From assembly GCA_001029775.1 (NCBI GenBank), contig CP011215.1, positions 426,303 to 490,302 of the forward strand: DNA of 64,000 bases, in the 5' to 3' direction. The stretch comes from Candidatus Campbellbacteria bacterium GW2011_OD1_34_28. GTDB taxonomy: Bacteria; Patescibacteriota; Minisyncoccia; Phycocordibacterales; UBA12079. Position 1 is the stretch's first letter. Each line of letters opens with the position of its first letter. Below, in pieces: positions 19,776 through 27,813 of the stretch. A model generated the notes under the pieces. That model ran no database searches and was not told the DNA's origin. It saw nothing but the letters and a program-made list of their open reading frames with translations. Position numbers and translations under genes: made by a program.

Positions 19776-21521
19776 CTATTTATTTTCTTCAGATAATTTT
19801 TTGATCAAGTCTTCCAAACTTAATGCTCCAATATTTCCAACATCTCTGCTTTCAACAGTCACTGTTTTTTCTTGTATTTCTTTTTCTCCAATAACCAACA
19901 GATAGGGGATTTTTTCCATTTTGGCTTTTCTTATTTTCTTGCCCAAACTTTCGTTGTCGTCGTCCAATTCTGCTCTAAAATTTGAGTTCTTTAATTCTTT
20001 ATAGATTTCGGTTGCATATTCTTTGTGAGCGTCAGTAATTGGTAAAACTTTTATTTGAACAGGTGACAACCAAAAGGGAAATGCTCCTGCGAAGTGTTCA
20101 ATCATAACCGCCATAAATCTCTCTAGAGAACCGGCTATTGCTCTGTGAATCATAACAGGTGTTTTCTTTAGGCCATCTTTGTCTGTGTATTCAAGTTTAA
20201 ATCTCTCGGGCATTATAAAATCTAGTTGCGCTGTTGCCAGCTGTCTTTCTCTTCCAAGGGCATCTTTGAACATAAAGTCCAATTTAGGTCCGTAAAAAGC
20301 GGCTTCGCCTTCTACTCTTTTGTAAGGAAGATTTTCTTTCTTGGCGATGTCTTCGAGTATTTTTTCCGCTTTGTCCCAAAGTTTTTCATCTCCCAAATAT
20401 TTACTCAAATCTTTTGAGTCTCTTACAGATAATGATACCCAATAGTCTCCAACATTAAACATATTTAGGGATTGATAAAATTCTTTTATTATTGAGACAA
20501 TATTTGCCACTTCTTGTTCTATTTGATCTGGCGCGCAAAAGATGTGTCCGTCGTCTTGGGTGATACTTCTAACACGAGAAAGTCCGATAAGTTCTCCTGC
20601 TTGTTCATCACGATAGACCTTTGTTGATTCTGTGTATCTGATAGGCAAGTCTTTGTAGCTTGTTTGTTTGCTAGCAAAAATCTGCGTGTGGTGAGGACAG
20701 TTCATTGGCTTCATTACAAATTCTGCGTCACCTTGTCCTTTTACTTTAAACAATTCATCACCAAATTTTTCCCAGTGACCCGATGTTTTGTACAAATCAC
20801 TTTTTGTAATATGAGGAATATCTACTTTTTGATAGCCAAAATTTTTCTGAATATTATGAATTTTTTCAATAATCAAATCTCTGACCAAAGTTCCTTTTGG
20901 TGTAAAGAGAGGTAAACCTGCACCAATTAAATCTGAAAATGCAAAAAGATCTAATTCTTTTCCCAATTTTCTGTGATCTCTTTTTTCTGCTTCCGCCAAC
21001 ATTTTTTCATATGCAGCCAATTCCTCTTTCGTCTCAAAGGCGACACCATAAATACGAGTAAGCATTTTGTTTTTTTCATCACCTCTCCAATATGCTCCAG
21101 CAATTTTTGTTAGTTTGAAAGCGTCTATATTTATCTCTTTTGTGTTTTGGATATGAGGACCTGCACACAAATCTACGAAACCGTCTGATATATAAATAGA
21201 TACTGTTTTGATACCTTCATTTTTTTCTAAATCTTCAATCAGCTCAATTTTATAAGGTTGATCTTTGAACATTTTTTTTGCGTCTATGGTCGAGATTTCT
21301 TCTCTTTCAAAATCAATATTTTTTTGAATTAATTTATTCATCTCCTTTTGGATTTTCTGCAAGTCTGCATCCTTTATTTCCACATCATCAAAATCATAAT
21401 AGAAACCATTTTCTATTGTTGGTCCGACTCCAAATTTCATATTTGGAAATTTTGCTCTCACCGCTCCCGCCATAATATGGGAAAGAGAGTGTCTAATTTT
21501 TTCTATATTTGTATGTTCCAT
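19776..21521 (-). CDS. thrS: Threonine--tRNA ligase (no N-terminal TGS domain)
   Basis: RHSLSH, DLCAGPH, GAYWRGD, RDHRKLG, KPMNCPHH, AAFYGPKLD, IHRAIAGSLERF. Confidence 0.97.
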   Translation of the reverse strand: MEHTNIEKIRHSLSHIMAGAVRAKFPNMKFGVGPTIENGFYYDFDDVEIKDADLQKIQKEMNKLIQKNIDFEREEISTIDAKKMFKDQPYKIELIEDLEKNEGIKTVSIYISDGFVDLCAGPHIQNTKEINIDAFKLTKIAGAYWRGDEKNKMLTRIYGVAFETKEELAAYEKMLAEAEKRDHRKLGKELDLFAFSDLIGAGLPLFTPKGTLVRDLIIEKIHNIQKNFGYQKVDIPHITKSDLYKTSGHWEKFGDELFKVKGQGDAEFVMKPMNCPHHTQIFASKQTSYKDLPIRYTESTKVYRDEQAGELIGLSRVRSITQDDGHIFCAPDQIEQEVANIVSIIKEFYQSLNMFNVGDYWVSLSVRDSKDLSKYLGDEKLWDKAEKILEDIAKKENLPYKRVEGEAAFYGPKLDFMFKDALGRERQLATAQLDFIMPERFKLEYTDKDGLKKTPVMIHRAIAGSLERFMAVMIEHFAGAFPFWLSPVQIKVLPITDAHKEYATEIYKELKNSNFRAELDDDNESLGKKIRKAKMEKIPYLLVIGEKEIQEKTVTVESRDVGNIGALSLEDLIKKLSEENK

Positions 21522-21544
21522 AAGTTTGTTTTTTAAATTATTAA

Positions 21545-21655
21545 AATAAAAAAATCCGTCCCAATATTAAAAACACAACTGCTTTTAATATTGGGACGGA
21601 TTTCTCCGCGGTTCCACCCAATTTGTCCAAAGTATTCCTCGGACCACTTGATTAC
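21545..21655 (-). promoter_or_regulatory. T-box antiterminator/terminator in the thrS leader (apparently without Stem I/II)
   Basis: Minus strand AAATTGGG-TGGAACC-GCGGA-GAAA-TCCGT-CCCAAT followed by terminator arm ...ATTGGGACGGATTTTTTT. Confidence 0.85.
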
Positions 21656-21660
21656 ATATT

Positions 21661-21690
21661 ATAGTATCCTATTTTGTATTCAATTGTCAA
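21661..21690 (-). promoter_or_regulatory. thrS promoter TTGACA-18-TACTAT (overlapping TATAAT)
   Basis: Reverse complement ttgaca attgaatacaaaatagga tactat aat. Confidence 0.65.
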
Positions 21691-21695
21691 AACAT

Positions 21696-21720
21696 ATGTA
21701 AGGTGTCCGATACCTTACAT
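21696..21720. repeat. Short CGG-loop hairpin repeat
   Basis: atgtaaggtgt-ccg-ataccttacat; homologous to 61897-61921. Confidence 0.65.
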
Positions 21721-21810
21721 TTGGTTTGATTGACTTTGGATTAAATAAAAGTATTATTTTTTTAGAACAGTCTTCGTTGTTATCTTATAAAAATATGAAA
21801 AGGAGTGTGT

Positions 21811-22212
21811 ATGTCGGGAATACAGTTAGTACTTGGCATTTCAAAAGAAAATATACTTTTTGCACATTCATCATTTACTGCTCTTCAAATTACGGTTTAT
21901 GCAAGTTCCTTTATTGATTTTTCAGGCGGTGGTGGAAAAAACAAACTTCGCCTGTTGGCGAGAAGACACGCAGATGCTTTAGCAGAGCAGTCTGAAAATC
22001 CTCGTCCGGCGATTTGTGTTTTTTTGTATGAAAAAACATCCATTGTCGTTTGGAATGGTTTCAGCGTGATTGCTTCTTTGCCAGCTGAAAGTTTTGGGCA
22101 TTTGTGGGTACCACCAGCAAAGCATGTCATTACCAGTATTGGCGATAATATGCCTTTAAACGGAGACGATCTTGATTCTTTTCTACATTTTTTTCGCAAA
22201 TATCTTGTATAA
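21811..22212 (+). CDS. Orphan protein (133 aa, MSGIQLVLGISKENILF...)
   Basis: SD AAGGAG 5 nt before ATG 21811; upstream TTGACT..TATTAT. Confidence 0.6.
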   Translation: MSGIQLVLGISKENILFAHSSFTALQITVYASSFIDFSGGGGKNKLRLLARRHADALAEQSENPRPAICVFLYEKTSIVVWNGFSVIASLPAESFGHLWVPPAKHVITSIGDNMPLNGDDLDSFLHFFRKYLV

Positions 22213-22272
22213 AGCAACTGTCACACAGGCTCAATCTGTGTGGCAGTTTTTAATTGTGGTATTATCATAAAT

Positions 22273-23184
22273 ATGAAAAAGGGAAAGATAATTGTTGTTT
22301 TGGGACCTACCTCTTCGGGTAAAAGTGATCTGGCTGTGGAATTAGCAAAAAAATTCAATGGGGAAATTATCTCGGCAGACTCAAGACAAGTATATAAAGG
22401 ATTAGATATTGGAAGTGGAAAAATAACCAAAAAAGAAATGCAGAAAATTCCGCACTATCTTTTGGATGTTGTTAGTCCAAAATCTGTTTTTACAATTGCA
22501 CAATTTAAAAAAAATACAGACAAAATAATCAGAGATATTCTGAAGAAAGGGAAGACGCCGATTATTGCTGGCGGAACTGGTTTTTATATTCAATCAATTG
22601 TAGACAATATTGTATTGCCCGAAGTAAAACCAAATTTGAAATTGAGAAAAGAATTGGCAAAAAAATCAGTTGATGAATTGGCAAATATTTTAAAAAAAAT
22701 GGACAAGAATAGGGCGGGGGAAATAGACCTGAAAAACCCTCGTCGTTTGATACGGGCGATAGAAATCGCTACTGAACTCGGCAAAGTTCCCAAGCTCTCC
22801 ACCAACAGCAACCCGGTTGCTGTTGGTGGAGAGTATGATGTATTGCAGATCGGGATTAAGACGGATGATGATATTTTGAAAGAAAGGATAGCAAAAAGAT
22901 TTGAAAAGCGTGTTAAAGCAGGAATTGTAAAAGAGGCAGAAGATTTACATAAAAATGGTTTGAGTTGGAAGAGGATGAAAGAAATCGGTTTGGCTCATAA
23001 ATATATATCTTTGCATTTGCAGGGAAAAATGACCAAAGATGAAATGATAGAAAATTCTATCAGAGAAGAATGGCAATATGCCAAAAGACAAAAAACATGG
23101 TTTAAGAGAGATAAGAGAATTGAGTGGTTTGGTTTGGAAGAAAAAAATAAAATTTTTGCAAAGACGAAAAAATTTTTAAAATAA
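22273..23184 (+). CDS. miaA: tRNA dimethylallyltransferase
   Basis: GPTSSGKS, IISADSRQVYKGLDIGSGK, AGGTGFYI, NPRRLIRAIE, YAKRQKTWF; start at MKKGK. Confidence 0.96.
   Translation: MKKGKIIVVLGPTSSGKSDLAVELAKKFNGEIISADSRQVYKGLDIGSGKITKKEMQKIPHYLLDVVSPKSVFTIAQFKKNTDKIIRDILKKGKTPIIAGGTGFYIQSIVDNIVLPEVKPNLKLRKELAKKSVDELANILKKMDKNRAGEIDLKNPRRLIRAIEIATELGKVPKLSTNSNPVAVGGEYDVLQIGIKTDDDILKERIAKRFEKRVKAGIVKEAEDLHKNGLSWKRMKEIGLAHKYISLHLQGKMTKDEMIENSIREEWQYAKRQKTWFKRDKRIEWFGLEEKNKIFAKTKKFLK
22795..22833. repeat. 39-bp perfect hairpin in frame within miaA
   Basis: ctctccaccaacagcaac-ccg-gttgctgttggtggagag = LSTNSNPVAVGGE. Confidence 0.8.
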
Positions 23185-23185
23185 T

Positions 23186-23220
23186 AAAACCCGAACCGTG
23201 TATAACCAGTTCGGGTTTTT
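23186..23220. terminator. Bidirectional terminator between miaA and the convergent orphan gene
   Basis: aaaacccgaac...gttcgggttttt. Confidence 0.75.
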
Positions 23221-23222
23221 GT

Positions 23223-23564
23223 TTAAGGATGTGAGACTTCCATTCGAAAACCGTGCCCTTCTTTAATATTTACAATTTTCATATGGTGACAAAGGCAAAG
23301 CATCTTGCGCAAGCTATTTCCCTCATCTTTGCAAATTTTAAAAGTGAATTCTTTTGATGAAATTTGAAAAGCAATTTCTTCATCTCTGATTCTTATTTCC
23401 GCATCTTTTTTGTAATAAAGGACAGGAAATGAATCACAAAAATTTTCGACATCGGGTCCTTTTCCGATTACAACCAGTCCATATATTTCGTGACTGTCTG
23501 ATCGGAGAATTTCAAACAAAATTTGCTCTTGGGACATATTTTCTACAACTGTTGTTTTGTTCAT
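23223..23564 (-). CDS. Orphan protein (113 aa, MNKTTVVENMSQEQ...)
   Basis: SD GGAGGAG just before ATG at 23564. Confidence 0.65.
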   Translation of the reverse strand: MNKTTVVENMSQEQILFEILRSDSHEIYGLVVIGKGPDVENFCDSFPVLYYKKDAEIRIRDEEIAFQISSKEFTFKICKDEGNSLRKMLCLCHHMKIVNIKEGHGFRMEVSHP

Positions 23565-23694
23565 TTCTCCTCCCACAAAGAAAGAATGAAAGATAAAGAC
23601 AATTTCTGATGTTATTCTATACATTTTTTTGTTTATAGCAAGTCCTTTTTAAAAGTGTTAGAATTTAATAAATTAAAAGATAAGATTTTATAAA

Positions 23695-25239
23695 ATGTAT
23701 AATAAATTTCTAACTAAAAAATATATAATTTCAGCCGTTGTTATATTGATTGTTGCCGTCTCGGTAGGAGGTTTTTTCTTATTTCGTGATAATTCTGGAG
23801 AATATGAGTATTCTATAGTAGAAAAAGGCGATTTGGCTCAAGAGGTTAATGTGACTGGAAAGGTAAAACCTTCTAGCAAAGTTGATTTGGCCTTTGAGTC
23901 GTCAGGAAGAGTCGTTGGGGTCTATACTGATGTCGGTAACAGGGTTTATGTTGGTCAGACATTGGCTGTTTTGAATAGCTCTCAATATCAAGCTCAGCAT
24001 CTTCAAGCACAAGCAAGCTTGGACGCAGAAAAAGCCAAATTGGATGAATTACAAAAAGGTACTCGTATTGAAGAGGTTGAAATTCAAAAAACAAAAATTG
24101 TAAATGCCGAAGAAGCCATTGCTGATGCAAAAAGTAATTTAAAGAATTATATAAGAGATTCTTATTCTAGAGCGGATGATTCAATTAGAAGTAAAGTTGA
24201 TCAATTTTTTACGAACCCAAGAAGTTTTACTCCTCAATTAAATTTTGAGAGCAATTACAAACTTGAAATGGAGACTCAAAGATTTTTTACAGAAAGTATT
24301 TTGGTTAAATGGTTTGAAGGCATGTCTGTTTCAGATATATCAGACTCTGAAATGGATAATCAATTTAATTTGGCAAAAGATAATCTGGGCAAGGTCAGTT
24401 CTTTTTTGGATCTGACTGCTTTAACTGTAAATAGCTTAAATACAACATCTTCGCTGACGCAAGCTCAAATAGACGGTTATAGATCGGACATAAATACTGC
24501 TAGAACCAATATAAATACTGCAATAAATAATTTATTAACCGCAAGAGAAAAACTTAGGACAGCAGAATCAGCCTTGATACTTGCTAAACAAGAGCTTGAT
24601 TTAAAACTTGCTGGAGCAACAAATGAACAAATTTTAGCTCAAGAGGCAAGAGTAAAATCAGCGGAAGCTAATGTAAAAAATTATTCTGCTTTGATTGCAA
24701 AAAATGTTATTTCTTCTCCAATAAATGGAGTGGTAACAAAAAAGAATATTGAAGTTGGTGAAATAGTTCAATCAAATGTTTCCGTTTTTTCTGTTATAAG
24801 TACTTCAAAATATGAAATTGAAACCAATGTTCCAGAAGCAGATATTTCAAAAATAAAGATTGGAAACAAAGCAAAAATAACATTGGACGCGTACGAGGAC
24901 GACGAAATTTTTTATGCACATATCATTTCTATCGAGCCTGCCGAGACTATCATCGAGGGTGTGTCAGCATACAAGACGGTTCTTCAGTTTGATAAAGAAG
25001 ACGAAAAAATAAAATCAGGCATGACAGCTAATATGGATATTCTAACCGATAGTCGCGAAGGCGTTTTGTCGATTCCTTTCCGCGCTTTGATTACCGAAGA
25101 TGGAAAATTTGTTGAAGTCTTGAATGAAGATGGAACATTAGAAAAGAAAACTGTTGAAACAGGAATGAGAAGTTCTGACGGAAGAATAGAAATTGTTTCG
25201 GGGTTAAAAGAAGGCGAGAAAGTTGTTACTAGTAAGTAG
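23695..25239 (+). CDS. Membrane-fusion/adaptor subunit (MacA/HlyD-like)
   Basis: N-terminal TM, lipoyl-like DLAFESSGRV..VGNRVYVGQTLA, long coiled coil, ISSPINGVV, IKSGMTA, IEIVSGLKEGEKVV. Confidence 0.9.
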   Translation: MYNKFLTKKYIISAVVILIVAVSVGGFFLFRDNSGEYEYSIVEKGDLAQEVNVTGKVKPSSKVDLAFESSGRVVGVYTDVGNRVYVGQTLAVLNSSQYQAQHLQAQASLDAEKAKLDELQKGTRIEEVEIQKTKIVNAEEAIADAKSNLKNYIRDSYSRADDSIRSKVDQFFTNPRSFTPQLNFESNYKLEMETQRFFTESILVKWFEGMSVSDISDSEMDNQFNLAKDNLGKVSSFLDLTALTVNSLNTTSSLTQAQIDGYRSDINTARTNINTAINNLLTAREKLRTAESALILAKQELDLKLAGATNEQILAQEARVKSAEANVKNYSALIAKNVISSPINGVVTKKNIEVGEIVQSNVSVFSVISTSKYEIETNVPEADISKIKIGNKAKITLDAYEDDEIFYAHIISIEPAETIIEGVSAYKTVLQFDKEDEKIKSGMTANMDILTDSREGVLSIPFRALITEDGKFVEVLNEDGTLEKKTVETGMRSSDGRIEIVSGLKEGEKVVTSK

Positions 25240-25263
25240 TGAATAGTTTGTAGTGAGTAGAAA

Positions 25264-25995
25264 ATGATTAACAAAGAAAAAAAATCAATAATATCTGTTA
25301 AGAATCTTGAAAAGACTTATAATGATGAGGGTGGAGAGACCCACGCTCTGAGAGGAGTAACTTTTGATATTGCTTCTGGTGAATTCGTTGCAATCATGGG
25401 GCCATCGGGATCGGGGAAATCAACTCTTTTGCATATGTTGGGTCTCTTGGATAAATTCACAGGAGGGGAATATTATTTTGATCAAGACAAGGTAGAAACT
25501 TTTTCGGAAGAAGAAATCGCTCATTTGAGGAATAAAAAAATGGGTTTTATTTTTCAAGCGTTTAATCTTTTGCCTAAGGCAACTGTTTTGGACAATGTAA
25601 AATTGCCGTTAGCTTATTCTGATGTTCCTGAAAGTGAATGGAATAATATGGCAGTAAAAGCAATAGAAGCCGTTGGTATGTCACACAGAATTCATCATTT
25701 TGCGAGCCAGCTTTCTGTGGGAGAAAAGCAGAGAACATCAATTGCTAGGGCTCTTGTTAATGAACCCGATATTATTTTTGCCGATGAACCAACAGGAAAT
25801 TTGGATTCTCGTTCAGGAGGTGTTGTTATGGATATAATAAAAAGATTGAATTACAAAGGCAAAACTGTCGTTTTGATTACTCACGAAACATACACTGCCG
25901 AATATGCGGAAAGAATAATAATGATTAAAGATGGGAAAATGGAATTTGATAAACCAGTTGAGCACATGAGACAGGCAGGAGAGTTTAAAAAATAA
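25264..25995 (+). CDS. ABC transporter ATP-binding protein (MacB/LolD family)
   Basis: GPSGSGKST, FIFQAFNLLP, signature LSVGEKQR, FADEPTGNLD, LITH. Confidence 0.93.
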   Translation: MINKEKKSIISVKNLEKTYNDEGGETHALRGVTFDIASGEFVAIMGPSGSGKSTLLHMLGLLDKFTGGEYYFDQDKVETFSEEEIAHLRNKKMGFIFQAFNLLPKATVLDNVKLPLAYSDVPESEWNNMAVKAIEAVGMSHRIHHFASQLSVGEKQRTSIARALVNEPDIIFADEPTGNLDSRSGGVVMDIIKRLNYKGKTVVLITHETYTAEYAERIIMIKDGKMEFDKPVEHMRQAGEFKK

Positions 25996-26130
25996 TTCCA
26001 AAATTAGCACATAACTTCGTCGGTTTTGGAAAAATTTTTTTCACCGTATGTTAAATACGGCCCTGCCTGCCGGCCGGCAGGTCAAAAATTTTTTCCTCAC
26101 CTCCTCGTTCTGTATCTAATTTTGAAATCA
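25993..26130. repeat. Long REP-like rod element, copy B, with a nested 20-bp palindrome at 26062-26081
   Basis: taattccaaaattag ... ctaattttgaaatca; aligns with 35905-36028. Confidence 0.8.
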
Positions 26131-26152
26131 TTTAGACAAAATTTAAAAATTT

Positions 26153-27400
26153 ATGCAATTAAAACACTTATACAAAACATCATTCACAGGACTTCGGACT
26201 AACAAAGTTAGGTCTCTTTTGACTATTCTAGGAATTGTTATTGGAATATCGTCTATTATTTTGATTTTTTCTTTGGGCAAAGGTGTAGAAGGTTTGATTA
26301 CGGGTGAGTTAAGCGGTATGGGAGCAGACACTATTGTCATCAGGCCAGGACAACAACCAACAGGATTGAACGATTTTAGTGAAACTCTTTTTTCTGATTC
26401 TTTGAAAAGCAGAGATGTAGAGGCTTTGAAAAAAAAATCTAATGTACCTCATTTGGCAAAGATTGCTCCCGCAATAATCGTTCCAGGGAGAGTCTCTTAT
26501 AGAGGAGAAACATTTAAGCCGATGATTTTTGGTTGGACAGCAGAATTGATGACAGAAATGTTTGGTGTTGAAATTGATTCAGGCGATCTTTTTTATGAAA
26601 GCGATATTAGATCAAAAGCGAGTGTGGCAATTATTGGTTCAAAAGTAAAAGAAGAATTGTTTGGTAATGAAGAAAATGTTGTTGGAAAAAATATAAAAAT
26701 AAAAGATAGAAATTTTAGAGTAGTGGGTGTTCTAAAACCACAAGGACAGGTATCCAGTTTCAATGTTGATGAATTGGTTGTTTTGCCATATTCAACAGCA
26801 CAAATTTATTTGATGGGGATTGACCATTATCACGAAATTATTTTAAAAGCCGATTCTCCAGAAAATGTTTCTCAGACAGTAGAAGATGTGAAAGACACAT
26901 TGAGAGAGATGCACGATATTACAGATCCATCCAAAGACGATTTTTTTGTGGTTACTCCCGAGGGGATGCTTGAACAAATAGGAAATATTTTGGATGCACT
27001 GACACTTTTCTTGTCAGCTGTTGTGGGAATTGCTTTGGTTGTAGGAGGAGTGGGTGTCATGAACATTATGCTTGTGTCAGTAACAGAGAGAACAAAAGAA
27101 ATTGGTTTGAGAAAAGCAATCGGAGCAACGAACAAAGATATTATGATTCAATTTCTTTTTGAATCCATGATGCTCACAATCACGGGTGGTGTAATCGGTA
27201 TTATAATAGGAATGTCGCTTTCTTTGATCACAACCATCGCCATTTTAAGTTTTACAACTTACGCATGGAGTTTTTCTTTCCCTGTTGGAGCATCTATTCT
27301 AGGAATTGTTGTCTCTGGCTTAATCGGAGTTATTTTTGGAATTTATCCAGCAAAAAAAGCTTCTCAAAAGAGCCCTATCGAAGCTTTGCGATACGAATAA
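26153..27400 (+). CDS. ABC transporter permease (MacB/FtsX family)
   Basis: NKVRSLLTILGIVIGI, VGGVGVMNIMLVSVTERTKEIGLRKAIGA, GIYPAKKASQKSPIEALRYE. Confidence 0.93.
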   Translation: MQLKHLYKTSFTGLRTNKVRSLLTILGIVIGISSIILIFSLGKGVEGLITGELSGMGADTIVIRPGQQPTGLNDFSETLFSDSLKSRDVEALKKKSNVPHLAKIAPAIIVPGRVSYRGETFKPMIFGWTAELMTEMFGVEIDSGDLFYESDIRSKASVAIIGSKVKEELFGNEENVVGKNIKIKDRNFRVVGVLKPQGQVSSFNVDELVVLPYSTAQIYLMGIDHYHEIILKADSPENVSQTVEDVKDTLREMHDITDPSKDDFFVVTPEGMLEQIGNILDALTLFLSAVVGIALVVGGVGVMNIMLVSVTERTKEIGLRKAIGATNKDIMIQFLFESMMLTITGGVIGIIIGMSLSLITTIAILSFTTYAWSFSFPVGASILGIVVSGLIGVIFGIYPAKKASQKSPIEALRYE

Positions 27401-27470
27401 ATTTAGAAAATTTCTCAAAGGTAGGTAGCAGGAATTTTTCCCTGTGTTATACTAAAATAGTTCTGTTGTC

Positions 27471-27578
27471 GGGGATTGGCGTCCCTCGGAATAAAAGGGT
27501 TACCTTGTTTGGAAAGCATCCTGCCAATTTTTGGTTCAAGGATGCAACGCCCAACCCGCGGTTTTCCGCGGGTTTTTT
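27471..27578 (+). ncRNA. Unrecognised structured RNA, copy 1, ending in an intrinsic terminator
   Basis: Direct repeat of 27652-27759 with covarying stems; extended -10 TGtTATACT at 27445-27453; terminator aacccgcgg-tttt-ccgcgggtt-tttt. Confidence 0.7.
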
Positions 27579-27651
27579 ATTTATTGACATTTTCAGATTT
27601 TAATTTATATTATTGTTATACCTCCTATGTGACTTGCTTGCATGGAGAAAA

Positions 27652-27759
27652 GGGGATTGGCGTCCCTCGAAATGTTTGGGTCCGCACATTTAGAAAGTAT
27701 CCTGCCTTAATTGGTTCAAGGATGCAACGCCCAACCCGCGGTTTTCCGCGGGTTTTTTT
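27652..27759 (+). ncRNA. Unrecognised structured RNA, copy 2, ending in an intrinsic terminator
   Basis: Same 5' GGGGATTGGCGTCCCTCG and 3' TTGGTTCAAGGATGCAACGCCCAACCCGCGG as copy 1; upstream TTGACA at 27584 with TATTAT 18 nt later. Confidence 0.7.
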
Positions 27760-27777
27760 ATTGTCTTTGTTCTCTAC

Positions 27778-27806
27778 TTGATACTTACTACTTACTACTT
27801 TATACT
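27778..27806 (+). promoter_or_regulatory. alaS promoter TTGATA-17-TATACT, 7 nt before the ATG, embedded in a 7-bp tandem run
   Basis: ttgata cttactacttactactt tatact tattttt ATG. Confidence 0.7.
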
Positions 27807-27813
27807 TATTTTT

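Noticed and set aside
27471-27759. CRISPR array, tRNA, T-box or known ribozyme reading of the tandem repeat
   Set aside because: Only two ~108-nt units and no cas genes; no cloverleaf or CCA despite GGTTCAA; no UGGNACC bulge; no hammerhead CUGANGA core or HDV-type P3/L3 pairing.
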